The notes under the pieces were generated by a model. The model worked only from the letters and a program-made list of their open reading frames with translations. It had not been told where the DNA came from and ran no database searches. Source: a virus (Duplodnaviria; Caudoviricetes). Taken from it: DNA of 64,000 nt. Numbering within the stretch: the stretch's first letter is position 1; each line of letters starts with the position of its first letter. A program made the translations under genes and the position numbers. The stretch lies in the IMG/VR virus record IMGVR_UViG_3300029286_001711; one strand, written 5' to 3'. Positions 46,252 through 55,308 of this stretch are shown here, one piece after another.

Positions 46252-46614
46252 TTATTCTAAAATTACTACTACTTTACCTGACACTAATTTGGGTTGTAAA
46301 TCAGAGTTAGAAAACCCTAAGATTTTACTAAAGAAATTAACTACCTTATTAAACCCTTTTATTTCCCCCAATTCAACAAAGACCCCATTTTGTAATGGTA
46401 TATAATCTTCTTGTAGAACTATCGGTCTTAATACGTACTCACTAGACCATCTTGTTCTAGGTGTCCCAATCCAACCTAAATTTTTAAGGTCAATGAAAAT
46501 TGTGTTATCTTGTGATACAAAATTACCAGTATAAGCGACACCATTTACATTTACCACATTATTACACGGTTTAGTCTTGCAGGGTGTTAATATTAATTTA
46601 AATCTGGTTTTCAT
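46252..46614 (-). CDS. hypothetical protein
   Basis: 120 aa; TATCTTTG at 46620-27. Confidence 0.6.
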   Translation of the reverse strand: MKTRFKLILTPCKTKPCNNVVNVNGVAYTGNFVSQDNTIFIDLKNLGWIGTPRTRWSSEYVLRPIVLQEDYIPLQNGVFVELGEIKGFNKVVNFFSKILGFSNSDLQPKLVSGKVVVILE

Positions 46615-46650
46615 AACTACAAAGATAGTAAAATATTTTGAATATAAAAA

Positions 46651-47025
46651 TTATTCTGTTTCATAAATGTAGAAATCTATACCACATTCAACAAAAATTA
46701 AGATAGGTCTTTGGTGAGTATTAATTTGGAACTCTACGTTATCTTCTTGTTTTTTAATTAGATGTGTAGTTGCACTTAAACTTTTTAAAGTGGCAACATC
46801 ATAAACATTAATTCTAACTGTATCGACATAATGTGAATCAAATATTAAATGAACAAAATTACCGTCAAAATGATAAAGTAGTTTTTTCTTTCTAATTTGG
46901 TCTGATAATGAGGTAAAATGAAAATTAAGTTTAGGTTTCACAGTGTCCTTCGGACTAACTAAAGCCGAAAAAGACTTGAACCCAATAAGTAAAAATACTA
47001 ATAATATATATGATAATTTTCTCAT
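46651..47025 (-). CDS. secreted protein (signal peptide)
   Basis: Likely ATG 47025: MRKLSYILLVFLLIGFKSFSA. Confidence 0.6.
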   Translation of the reverse strand: MRKLSYILLVFLLIGFKSFSALVSPKDTVKPKLNFHFTSLSDQIRKKKLLYHFDGNFVHLIFDSHYVDTVRINVYDVATLKSLSATTHLIKKQEDNVEFQINTHQRPILIFVECGIDFYIYETE

Positions 47026-47026
47026 A

Positions 47027-47338
47027 TTAAAAAGGCATTTGTATATCATCATCTTCTACCCATGCATTACTACTTCTTACTGGTCTAACTGGTATTAAAT
47101 CCCCAAACTCATCGTGATAGTCACCGAATGGGTTTATTTCTGGGCTACTATATCTTCTTTGAGTGACTTTTTCTTCTGTTAAAATCTTAAACAACATACT
47201 TAGTTCAGAATTTGGTAGGACCCTTAGTTCAGAATAATTACTTTCCTTTAACATTCGCATGATAGCAACAATTTTCTTTGTCCTATCTTCAGTTGATTGG
47301 AATTCTATTTTAGGTATTTCACTTCTCTTCGGATCCAT
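47027..47338 (-). CDS. hypothetical protein
   Basis: 103 aa. Confidence 0.55.
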   Translation of the reverse strand: MDPKRSEIPKIEFQSTEDRTKKIVAIMRMLKESNYSELRVLPNSELSMLFKILTEEKVTQRRYSSPEINPFGDYHDEFGDLIPVRPVRSSNAWVEDDDIQMPF

Positions 47339-47358
47339 TATATTAAAACTTAATCAAA

Positions 47359-48501
47359 TTACTTAAGGGTATCAATAGTAACTATATAAAAATCCTTTAA
47401 AATTTGACTATCTTTAGCGAAATAAGAGTGAGCGGTTGTTACATTTAATAGTTTATAACCTTTATAGGTGTTACCTTCGATATCCATCGTCGTTCTTTCC
47501 CCTATTTCATATATAAACTTACCGTTTGATCTTCTAACAATCAAACCTGGTCTTAAATCTTCAGGACTTAACTTAATCAATGAATGACCACCCATTATTC
47601 TATTTAATTGGGACCTATCTATACCCTTTGGTAATCCCAAATCTTTAACCCAATCAAACTCGTCACCCTCTTGTTCGGTTAAATTATCAAAATTCATCAC
47701 TTGTTGATCCTTACCACTATAAATGTTAATAAATAAATCAACAGGAAACACAAATTCAAAAGTGTCGATTGAATTTTCTTCACAATCATCCCAACCACCC
47801 CACTGTAATACACCATCATGAGTTCCAAAATACATAACTATTCTACCTTTACTGGAATTCATTGCATTTTGGAACCAATCCTCATCAGGTGTTACTGATC
47901 CCGAATATTGTGATAGATAAGACATTAAAATATTTTTTAAATCATTAAATCTAAATACCGACTCAGGTTTAACTCTCCCATGTTTAACTCTCCTGTGTTT
48001 GTTTAAACTATCTCTACAAAATGTGATGGCAAATTCTGATGGTAATGTTTTAATTGAGTCTCTAGCCCACTCAAAATCATCTTCTTGTTCATATAGTTTA
48101 TCGAAAATATCTTCGACATTGGGTGTGTTTAGTAATTCACGACCGTCATAGAAGGCATCAAAGGTTTTCGAGACTGACCTTTCATTTTTATACCAGTTAA
48201 TAGTATCTTTTTTGGTTTGTAATTCATCGTCTGGGTTTTGCCAAGAATCTAAATCCCCACTAGGAGTGGTTTGAATCCACAGTAATCTCTGATCTTCACC
48301 CCAACGGTCATCCATTAAAGGTCTTGTAACTATATAACCATGTTTAAGGTTTTTAAGAAGATTTTCGAGTTGGTATATTTCATGTGCCTCAAGAGGTGGG
48401 TCAAAATAATAGACAGCATTAGGTTGTAGTGTACCTCTAGAGGCGAATTTCTCCAGAGCATTTCCTTTTACCTTTTTCCCGTCTTTTTTCTTTTTGGCCA
48501 T
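47359..48501 (-). CDS. linker-joined multidomain protein E (3 modules)
   Basis: TATTTAT upstream; IFDKLYEQEDDFEWARD and NFDNLTEQEGDEFDWVKD. Confidence 0.85.
   Translation of the reverse strand: MAKKKKDGKKVKGNALEKFASRGTLQPNAVYYFDPPLEAHEIYQLENLLKNLKHGYIVTRPLMDDRWGEDQRLLWIQTTPSGDLDSWQNPDDELQTKKDTINWYKNERSVSKTFDAFYDGRELLNTPNVEDIFDKLYEQEDDFEWARDSIKTLPSEFAITFCRDSLNKHRRVKHGRVKPESVFRFNDLKNILMSYLSQYSGSVTPDEDWFQNAMNSSKGRIVMYFGTHDGVLQWGGWDDCEENSIDTFEFVFPVDLFINIYSGKDQQVMNFDNLTEQEGDEFDWVKDLGLPKGIDRSQLNRIMGGHSLIKLSPEDLRPGLIVRRSNGKFIYEIGERTTMDIEGNTYKGYKLLNVTTAHSYFAKDSQILKDFYIVTIDTLK
47643..47694 (-). repeat. ESED-EW linker copy
   Basis: FDNLTEQEGDEFDWVK. Confidence 0.85.
48061..48110 (-). repeat. ESED-EW linker copy
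   Basis: IFDKLYEQEDDFEWAR. Confidence 0.9.
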
Positions 48502-48533
48502 ACTAATAAATATTCCAAAAATGATATTAAGTT

Positions 48534-48848
48534 TTAATTAAATCCAAGAGGTGGAACCCAACGTATACCGACTTTATTTTGAACGAAATCTGAAATATTA
48601 ACAGTCGAACCGTTAGTTATTATATCAATAACATGAATACCACTACCGTACCTTAGATATAAAACTTGGAAATACATTCCACCACGGTCAATATCTTCAA
48701 TAGTAGTACGGTCTTCAACCTGGTAAGTTATAAGAGGTCTTACCATTTCTAGATAACTTTCAATAGTACGTTTTATTTGAAGTCTTACTTCTTTACAATT
48801 TATTTCGAATTGAAACCCACTAAGTATATGTTCTAAATCTTCTTTCAT
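48534..48848 (-). CDS. small protein resembling a tail-sheath C-terminal domain
   Basis: FQFEIN...RLQIKRTIESYL...YQV.DRTT.EDIDRG. Confidence 0.45.
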   Translation of the reverse strand: MKEDLEHILSGFQFEINCKEVRLQIKRTIESYLEMVRPLITYQVEDRTTIEDIDRGGMYFQVLYLRYGSGIHVIDIITNGSTVNISDFVQNKVGIRWVPPLGFN

Positions 48849-48850
48849 TT

Positions 48851-49354
48851 TTAAACAAACTCAAAAGGCTTAATTGGTTCGTCACTAAGAAATGCCATTT
48901 GTCCTAGATGTTCCCACTTCACACTCCATCTTGTAGTACTATCATCTTTAGTTTTGGCAATGATATTGTCACTGTTTATTTCGACGATTCTACATTCACT
49001 ACCACGAAAATTATCAACCCACCTATCCTCGTTGGGTACTCTGAACCTATCACCAATCCTAACTTTTCTGAATTTTTTACGTTCTAAATCATCGTAATCA
49101 CGTTTTAATCTTCTTATAGTATCTTCACGCTCAATAACTTCATCTTTTTTTTCCCTATAGGAACGTTTATAGGCCATAATGACTACATCTAATAATAACA
49201 TAGTCAGTATGACATTCACGATTGGTATTGATAACATTATATAGTATAACCATTTATGGTCAAATCTTTTTATAGTTTCATCACGAAGTGTAACACAACA
49301 TGCTATCATCATGACATGTATACATGATAGCATTATTAAAACAACTGGGTCCAT
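48851..49354 (-). CDS. two-TM, coil and SH3-like protein with C-terminal tag
   Basis: VRIGDRFRV; ends EPIKPFEFV. Confidence 0.65.
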   Translation of the reverse strand: MDPVVLIMLSCIHVMMIACCVTLRDETIKRFDHKWLYYIMLSIPIVNVILTMLLLDVVIMAYKRSYREKKDEVIEREDTIRRLKRDYDDLERKKFRKVRIGDRFRVPNEDRWVDNFRGSECRIVEINSDNIIAKTKDDSTTRWSVKWEHLGQMAFLSDEPIKPFEFV

Positions 49355-49740
49355 TACTTAATAACCATTTTATAGTTTCTACTATTCACCTCACCTTGAA
49401 TGTTATATTCAATGGTTTCCTCCAGTACAAAGGTAGAATCTGATATTGCGTCATACTCTTTTTTTGTTGTATAAGTTTCTTGAAATCCATTATAACGAAG
49501 TATTATTACTTCTTTATCTTTCAATATACTAATGTCTTTGGGTTTGATTTCTTTGGGTGAACTCGTTGTATAGGTTTTGTTTTCAATAAAACACCAAATG
49601 TAGATTAAACAACAAACACATGCCGCAATGAACAAGTTACCTAACGTATGATCCCCACTATCATCTTTTACTTTTATAATAAAACAGACTATAAAAAACA
49701 CTGTTACAAGTGCTATAAGACTAAAAATTACCCAATACAT
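49354..49740 (-). CDS. two-TM membrane protein
   Basis: Two hydrophobic helices at the N-terminus. Confidence 0.65.
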   Translation of the reverse strand: MYWVIFSLIALVTVFFIVCFIIKVKDDSGDHTLGNLFIAACVCCLIYIWCFIENKTYTTSSPKEIKPKDISILKDKEVIILRYNGFQETYTTKKEYDAISDSTFVLEETIEYNIQGEVNSRNYKMVIK

Positions 49741-49741
49741 A

Positions 49742-50083
49742 TTATTTGTTTATTATATTTTTACGTGAATACTTAATTGTTTCTTCTTCCCACAAATCAT
49801 CCTTCTTCTTTTCATTACAAACCGAACAAGCAACCACAAAGTTAGTTGTTTCATTTACTAAATCAGGGTACTTTGATTTTGGTAGGAAATGGTCTACTGT
49901 AGCCATTTTATTTCTGTCAGGTTTGGTGTCCCAAGAGTAAACAATGAGTTTTTCCTTCCCACAATACTCACACCAAAGACTACCATGTTCTTCCTCAACC
50001 TTCTTTAGAAAGTCGAAATGAAGAACAAGACGTTCCCACCTTACTTTATTGTTTGGGTAATTAGCCCACCTTGGTTTTTCCAT
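49742..50083 (-). CDS. HNH endonuclease
   Basis: CEYC...TVDHFLPKS...NFVVACSVCNEKK. Confidence 0.85.
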   Translation of the reverse strand: MEKPRWANYPNNKVRWERLVLHFDFLKKVEEEHGSLWCEYCGKEKLIVYSWDTKPDRNKMATVDHFLPKSKYPDLVNETTNFVVACSVCNEKKKDDLWEEETIKYSRKNIINK

Positions 50084-50088
50084 TAATA

Positions 50089-50313
50089 TTACTCTTTGTC
50101 GAAATTAACTCTGTAGTTTAACGATTCGACAAATTTATCATCACTACTTTTTTTCGTTTTAATTTGTGAAATAATTCTTTCTAAATCTTCAAGCAAATAA
50201 GAATTACTACCTATATACACCAAGGTATCTTCTTTTGGTGTCGGATAGTTTGTCATAAGTTTTTTTGTTGTGACACTATCTTCACTAAATGTATTTCTAT
50301 TTAATATTTTCAT
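50089..50313 (-). CDS. hypothetical protein
   Basis: 74 aa; TATATTTG at 50333-40. Confidence 0.55.
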   Translation of the reverse strand: MKILNRNTFSEDSVTTKKLMTNYPTPKEDTLVYIGSNSYLLEDLERIISQIKTKKSSDDKFVESLNYRVNFDKE

Positions 50314-50345
50314 ATGATATATGTTTTATTAACAAATATAGGCAT

Positions 50346-50369
50346 AAAAAAAGGGTTTCTCAACCCCTT
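50346..50369 (-). terminator. intrinsic terminator
   Basis: Minus strand AAGGGGTT-GAGA-AACCCTTTTTTT. Confidence 0.75.
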
Positions 50370-50386
50370 CTCTATTTTAAATATTC

Positions 50387-51940
50387 TTAATGAATCTTTT
50401 TAGCCTTTTCCATCATCGCTTTTCTAATTTCGAGTGGTATTTCATTACCACCTTTACCCATCCACTCATCTAATAAATTATGACTGGTTACAATACCATA
50501 TAAATTACCATTAGCGAAACGTGCTCTTAACATCATCATCTGTAATGAATGGTGATGTTGAGGGTCAAATCTGTCAACCTTAATAATACTTTCAATATCA
50601 ATTGATTTTTCATATTTTGGTTCACCATTTTTATCTACACCAACTTCCATTGGTTTAATAGAACCTACAAAGAAATAACTTGATGATGCACTATATGCTT
50701 CCCATTGTTCTGGAGTCATTGTCCATTTATCAACGAATATTTTAGTATCATTACCAGCTTCAGTAACATTTGGTTTACCACCATTTTTCTCAACAACAAG
50801 TGCGGCTAATTCTCTATTTTGATTTTCATCAAACGATTTAGTAATTTTAGTGAATGCTTCTTGTGAGTGTAAATCTTTTAATGTTTCTTTGATATTCTTT
50901 GATGATTCTATCATCTCCTTTAATAAAGAGAAAACAACTTGATTACCTAATTTAGCACGAACTTTATTACCGTTCTCTGAATTCTCATAGAATGCTAACC
51001 AGTTATCATTTCTAATAATTGTTAATATTTGTTCTGGGGTGTAAACATTTTCTGCAACGAAAGTAAGGAAATCGTTTTTCAATCTACTATCACTTCCACT
51101 TCTTTTGTAAAATCCTGGTGTGACTAATAATCTTTCAATTTCTCTTTGTTTATGATTTAATAAATCTTGTGAATGATGTCTTTCAACAGCTGTCGCTATT
51201 TCGGGTGTAAACCAATCCATATTAGGACTACCAACCCAAGCACTAAACCCTGTGTCAGCTTGGTTAAACCAATTCTTTTTGTTTCCACTATAACTCCAAT
51301 AAAGGGCTACTTTCTCACCTAAATTACCAGGAAATGCCCCACCTTTTTTTCTTAAGAAATAATAAAGAACACCGTCACGACGATAATTCTCAAATGTGTG
51401 TGGATTCTCTCTAGAAGTTGTACACCAACGTGATGTAGCACCATATATACAAGATGCGTTATGAGTTTTAGGTGCCATTACAACAATATCATCATTCTCA
51501 TAAATCTTGTCAGCTTGTTTCTTTAATTCGTCTTTTTCTTTTTTCTTTGAAGTGATAGTACCGAAAAAATCAGTAAAATGTCTTAAATGTGCTAAAGACG
51601 GAAATGAATTAATATCTTTTGGTGACTTTTCCATTCTCGCAAAAGCTGTATCATCACCACCCCAAGTACCTTTTTCAGCCTTATATTCAGCTAAATTATT
51701 AGCATTGATAAGGTTTAGGTTAGCGTTATAAAGTCTTACTAATTGTAGAATTTCTTCAGGGTTTTGTGTGTTAACAAATACCTTAACCATCCACTCAAGG
51801 TATTTGTTATTCCCTGAAGGATCGTTTTGTGACAAGTATTCGATAATTTTCTTATCAACTTTCGGGTATTTGGCCATTACATCTTCCTTACGGCCTTCCG
51901 TTAATACTTGTTCGTTTAAGAGATTATATAATGAATTCAT
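50387..51940 (-). CDS. DPSG-KYL / SCxYGxxTxWC family protein, paralogue 4
   Basis: LLNEQVLTEGR leader, DPSGNNKYLEWM, SCIYGATSRWCTT. Confidence 0.8.
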   Translation of the reverse strand: MNSLYNLLNEQVLTEGRKEDVMAKYPKVDKKIIEYLSQNDPSGNNKYLEWMVKVFVNTQNPEEILQLVRLYNANLNLINANNLAEYKAEKGTWGGDDTAFARMEKSPKDINSFPSLAHLRHFTDFFGTITSKKKEKDELKKQADKIYENDDIVVMAPKTHNASCIYGATSRWCTTSRENPHTFENYRRDGVLYYFLRKKGGAFPGNLGEKVALYWSYSGNKKNWFNQADTGFSAWVGSPNMDWFTPEIATAVERHHSQDLLNHKQREIERLLVTPGFYKRSGSDSRLKNDFLTFVAENVYTPEQILTIIRNDNWLAFYENSENGNKVRAKLGNQVVFSLLKEMIESSKNIKETLKDLHSQEAFTKITKSFDENQNRELAALVVEKNGGKPNVTEAGNDTKIFVDKWTMTPEQWEAYSASSSYFFVGSIKPMEVGVDKNGEPKYEKSIDIESIIKVDRFDPQHHHSLQMMMLRARFANGNLYGIVTSHNLLDEWMGKGGNEIPLEIRKAMMEKAKKIH

Positions 51941-51991
51941 ATTTCTATATTACTATATTACTTTATCACTATATAAATATATGGCAAAAAC

Positions 51992-52020
51992 AAAAAAGGG
52001 ACGAAAATCGTCCCTCTTTT
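51992..52020. terminator. intrinsic terminator
   Basis: AAAAAAGGGACGA-AAA-TCGTCCCTCTTTT. Confidence 0.8.
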
Positions 52021-52287
52021 TTAGTTACTTTCAGTATCTTCTACTTCTACCTCTTTTTGTGTAATTTCGACAGCTTCTAACGCTGAGATAACTTTATCTG
52101 CGTTGTCTTCATCGACATTTTCGATGATAAATGTGTCAAGTTCCAAGGAGATGATATTCAAAAAATCCTTCTTGAATTCAGCAATTCCTTCTGGGGTTGA
52201 CGGGTAATCTTCCATACTTTCTTTAGAAACTTTAATCTTACAATTGTAAGAATTTTTCTTTTCTTTAATTTTTACTTTTACGTTCAT
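52021..52287 (-). CDS. hypothetical acidic protein
   Basis: 88 aa. Confidence 0.6.
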   Translation of the reverse strand: MNVKVKIKEKKNSYNCKIKVSKESMEDYPSTPEGIAEFKKDFLNIISLELDTFIIENVDEDNADKVISALEAVEITQKEVEVEDTESN

Positions 52288-52305
52288 GTTATTTGTTTTT
52301 TATGT

Positions 52306-52662
52306 TTATGTTTTTACTATATAAATTTCTTTTGGTAATTTCCCGTCAAATACATAACGTGTTACGTCACACAACCACATTTTAAGGTTTATGTTATGTC
52401 CACGATAGTAATCTAGAAGGTAGTATCCACCACCAGCATCTGGTGTCTCTTCAACAAGAGTGAGTTTATCATACCCAGGTGATTCTTCTAATGTAATTGA
52501 CGTTCTAACTTTATCTTCACCCTCTGACATATATTCTAACATAGTATCAGCACCCATAACCATTTCCAGTTCGGCTTTAGTGCCAGTCCAGTCGGGTAGG
52601 TCTACGTACCAACGAGTATCGGGGTCTTTATAAAACGTTATATCTTTGATATTGGTATTCAT
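52306..52662 (-). CDS. DUF6717-like protein
   Basis: FYK...WYVDLPDW.G.KAELEMV.GADTML...WLCDVT..VF. Confidence 0.65.
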   Translation of the reverse strand: MNTNIKDITFYKDPDTRWYVDLPDWTGTKAELEMVMGADTMLEYMSEGEDKVRTSITLEESPGYDKLTLVEETPDAGGGYYLLDYYRGHNINLKMWLCDVTRYVFDGKLPKEIYIVKT

Positions 52663-52754
52663 TAATCTTTAGTAAAGATAATAAAAAGATTTGTGATATT
52701 CAAGAAATAATTTCGATTAATTAAAATGGCCGTAAAGTTTTATTAACTTTTTGT

Positions 52755-53945
52755 TTAGTATTCACCAGTCGCGTCGTATTTTAACGAATATAATCTACCC
52801 ACGTTCCTGAATAGTTTTTGACCACCCTTCTCAATTTGGTTACCCATGTATTTAATCAGTGATTTTAAATCTTTTTGTTTAATGAATTTCTCATCTAATA
52901 CCTCATGTGATTCTTTAGCTTTAGTGATATATGTTTTAACTACACGCATTCTTATTTGATTAAAAAATGCATTCATTTGTTCTTCATTGACCTCTTCACC
53001 TTTAGATTCATAATATATAGTCACAGAATTAACTAATTCATCGTAAAAACTTTCGTAGTCAAAATCCATTAACTTTTTAACTCTTTTACCTTGAAAGGAT
53101 TCAAAAAATTCATTGACAGACATATCCAAAACATATGGATACATTTCCTGTGTAATAGCTTTAACTTCAGCTGGCAATGCCCAATAATATAACATATATA
53201 AATTACTGATTGCATCTTTAACAACAGTCGGTATACCAACTAGTTTAGCGTCACTCAAATATGCTTTAGATGTTTCAGTTTTGTTCTTCGGTAATTTAGT
53301 TTTTTCAAGTGTATCAAGATGAAAAACCCTCTCATCCTTAGATTTATCTTTGTAACCTTCATATAGATGATGCATTTCATGAAAAACAACCGCACTTAAT
53401 TCTTTTTCAAGTGCCCCATTTTCAGTATTAAAATCAAAATTCTTATATACAGAGATATCGAATTCTGTCTTACCGATTAAAACCCTATCAATAGATTCTC
53501 TTCTCTTTTTAGATATTGGGTATTTCTCTGGTTTATCTCTGTGACTTAAAGATACAGTAGGTGTTTTGTATACAGGCCATGCACCACCACCGATGATGAA
53601 ATTACCTCCACTTGGTGAGTAACTTCCTCGTCCGTCTTGGTCTATCAAATTCATTTTAAGGTCGATGATTATCTTAACCATAGGAAAATCTTCAAAGATA
53701 TCATCATCAATATACTTAGCTAAAACCCTGTAAGGTAACTCTATTGTTGTAACATAATCAGGTACCAAACCTCGTATTTCACTAGTCCATTCCAAATAGG
53801 CCTCGTCTTTAATTTTTTCAAGGAAATAAGCAATGTGTTTGTCTAATACGTTCATGACCGCATGTGTATATGGAACTGTTGATTCTGCTATACCTCTTGC
53901 TTCATTTAGTTTTATTTTACCCATTTCTTTTAATAATGGAATCAC
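52755..53945 (-). CDS. zincin-like (HExxH) protein with LNE leader
   Basis: VFHEMHHLY plus downstream PAEVKA; KIKLNEARG. Confidence 0.6.
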   Translation of the reverse strand: MIPLLKEMGKIKLNEARGIAESTVPYTHAVMNVLDKHIAYFLEKIKDEAYLEWTSEIRGLVPDYVTTIELPYRVLAKYIDDDIFEDFPMVKIIIDLKMNLIDQDGRGSYSPSGGNFIIGGGAWPVYKTPTVSLSHRDKPEKYPISKKRRESIDRVLIGKTEFDISVYKNFDFNTENGALEKELSAVVFHEMHHLYEGYKDKSKDERVFHLDTLEKTKLPKNKTETSKAYLSDAKLVGIPTVVKDAISNLYMLYYWALPAEVKAITQEMYPYVLDMSVNEFFESFQGKRVKKLMDFDYESFYDELVNSVTIYYESKGEEVNEEQMNAFFNQIRMRVVKTYITKAKESHEVLDEKFIKQKDLKSLIKYMGNQIEKGGQKLFRNVGRLYSLKYDATGEY

Positions 53946-54426
53946 TTCCCTTTAATTGATAAGTATACCCTTGAGGTAGATTACCTTTTAAATAAATACT
54001 ATTCAATCTTGCTCTTTTATTAGTACTGTTTTTAATTCTATCAATAATTTCAGTTGCTGAAGATGTCTTCAACGCTTTAAAGGTAGCACTAACCTCTTTC
54101 TGGGTATTAATATGTGGTATTCTAATTAAAATCGGGTTGAACTCGTTAATGAAATCTATAGTAATCTTAGTAATAGTTGATAAAACTTTATAAACATCAC
54201 CAGTTCCTGTTTCGTCATATTTACCATCTGCGGTATATTCTCTTTCCCAAACATCGTCAGGGAATCTAGTAAATTTAACTAAATAGTTAGCACCACTTTT
54301 GTCTTGGAATTTATATCCAATATCATCATGCCAACCCTGTTCAAATGGGCCAGTCCAAGAGTAATGGTTTTCAATACCACCAACCTCTAGAATTAAAGCT
54401 TCTTTTATTATTTGTTTAAGATTCAC
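53917..54426 (-). CDS. IIKE-leader family protein (paralogue of 58183 and 58861)
   Basis: MNLKQIIKEALILEVG; DVYKVLSTI..I; RARL. Confidence 0.7.
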   Translation of the reverse strand: MNLKQIIKEALILEVGGIENHYSWTGPFEQGWHDDIGYKFQDKSGANYLVKFTRFPDDVWEREYTADGKYDETGTGDVYKVLSTITKITIDFINEFNPILIRIPHINTQKEVSATFKALKTSSATEIIDRIKNSTNKRARLNSIYLKGNLPQGYTYQLKGSDSIIKRNG

Positions 54427-54449
54427 TCCTTAATAAATATAAATCTATT

Positions 54450-55067
54450 TCAATAACGATATCCTTTAGTTCTATTATCTTCAATAAAAAGAGGTTGTAA
54501 ATTATCTAATTCGTTAGCCTTCTGACACACTTCGTTATTATCTTTAAATAAAAATTTATTGTCAGTAAACCACTTTATCGGTTTAATATGGTCTAACTCC
54601 CACACTGTACCGTGATTATCCCAAGACATTTCACCTATAAACTTATTTTCAATATGTGTTTTAAGATCTTGTGAAGTATAAGTAACCAAATTAAAAGATT
54701 TAATTTTTTTATCTTCTTTTATGGAATTAAAAAACCTTAAAACACTGTACCGTATGATTTCATTAATTTTAAAATTAATATCATTTTTTCTTCTATTTTT
54801 TCTATATTCTTTTTGATAAAACCTAATGGTTTCTATATTTTTTTCTTTATATATTTTTTGTTTTTCCACTACTGATTTTTTATTATTTTTATAATATAAT
54901 TTTTTATATTCAGAAGTAGTAGAAGGTGAATTACAAGTATGTGTATTTCTGTGTATCTTTTGACAGGTTTTACAATAACTTTGTTTCCCGTCTTTTTTTG
55001 TGTTATCTATACCGAAATTACACAACTCTTTTGTTTCATTACATTTAGAACACTTTTTCATATTCAT
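54450..55067 (-). CDS. HNH homing-endonuclease-like protein
   Basis: N-terminal CSKC/CKTC Zn finger; SWDNHG..WELDHIKP...NLQPL. Confidence 0.8.
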   Translation of the reverse strand: MNMKKCSKCNETKELCNFGIDNTKKDGKQSYCKTCQKIHRNTHTCNSPSTTSEYKKLYYKNNKKSVVEKQKIYKEKNIETIRFYQKEYRKNRRKNDINFKINEIIRYSVLRFFNSIKEDKKIKSFNLVTYTSQDLKTHIENKFIGEMSWDNHGTVWELDHIKPIKWFTDNKFLFKDNNEVCQKANELDNLQPLFIEDNRTKGYRY

Positions 55068-55084
55068 AAATATTCTGAAATATT

Positions 55085-55112
55085 AAAAAACCCGAGAATG
55101 TTCTCAGGTTTT
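55085..55112 (-). terminator. intrinsic terminator
   Basis: Minus strand AAAACCTGAGAA-CA-TTCTCGGGTTTTTT. Confidence 0.65.
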
Positions 55113-55118
55113 AGTATT

Positions 55119-55280
55119 TTAATCAAGGTGGGGTTGAATGTCTAAATGGAAGACTTCAGTATACTTATGGGTATCAACCTTGGTTTTTTGTTCTTTATCT
55201 TGAATTTTGGTAACTTGTGACTTTTTTACTTCTTCAGCCAATTCTGAGTTCCAAAAATTGTATCTTTCTATCTCGTTCAT
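55119..55280 (-). CDS. 53 aa hypothetical protein
   Basis: My translation MNEIERYNFWNSELAEEVKK...; TATTTATA upstream. Confidence 0.5.
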   Translation of the reverse strand: MNEIERYNFWNSELAEEVKKSQVTKIQDKEQKTKVDTHKYTEVFHLDIQPHLD

Positions 55281-55308
55281 ATTGTTGTTTGTTATTATAT
55301 TATAAATA

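Noticed and set aside
28623-48501. Linker repeats as a diversity-generating retroelement or shufflon
   Set aside because: No reverse transcriptase, no template/variable repeat pair with A-specific mismatches, and no invertase with inverted sites in the window.
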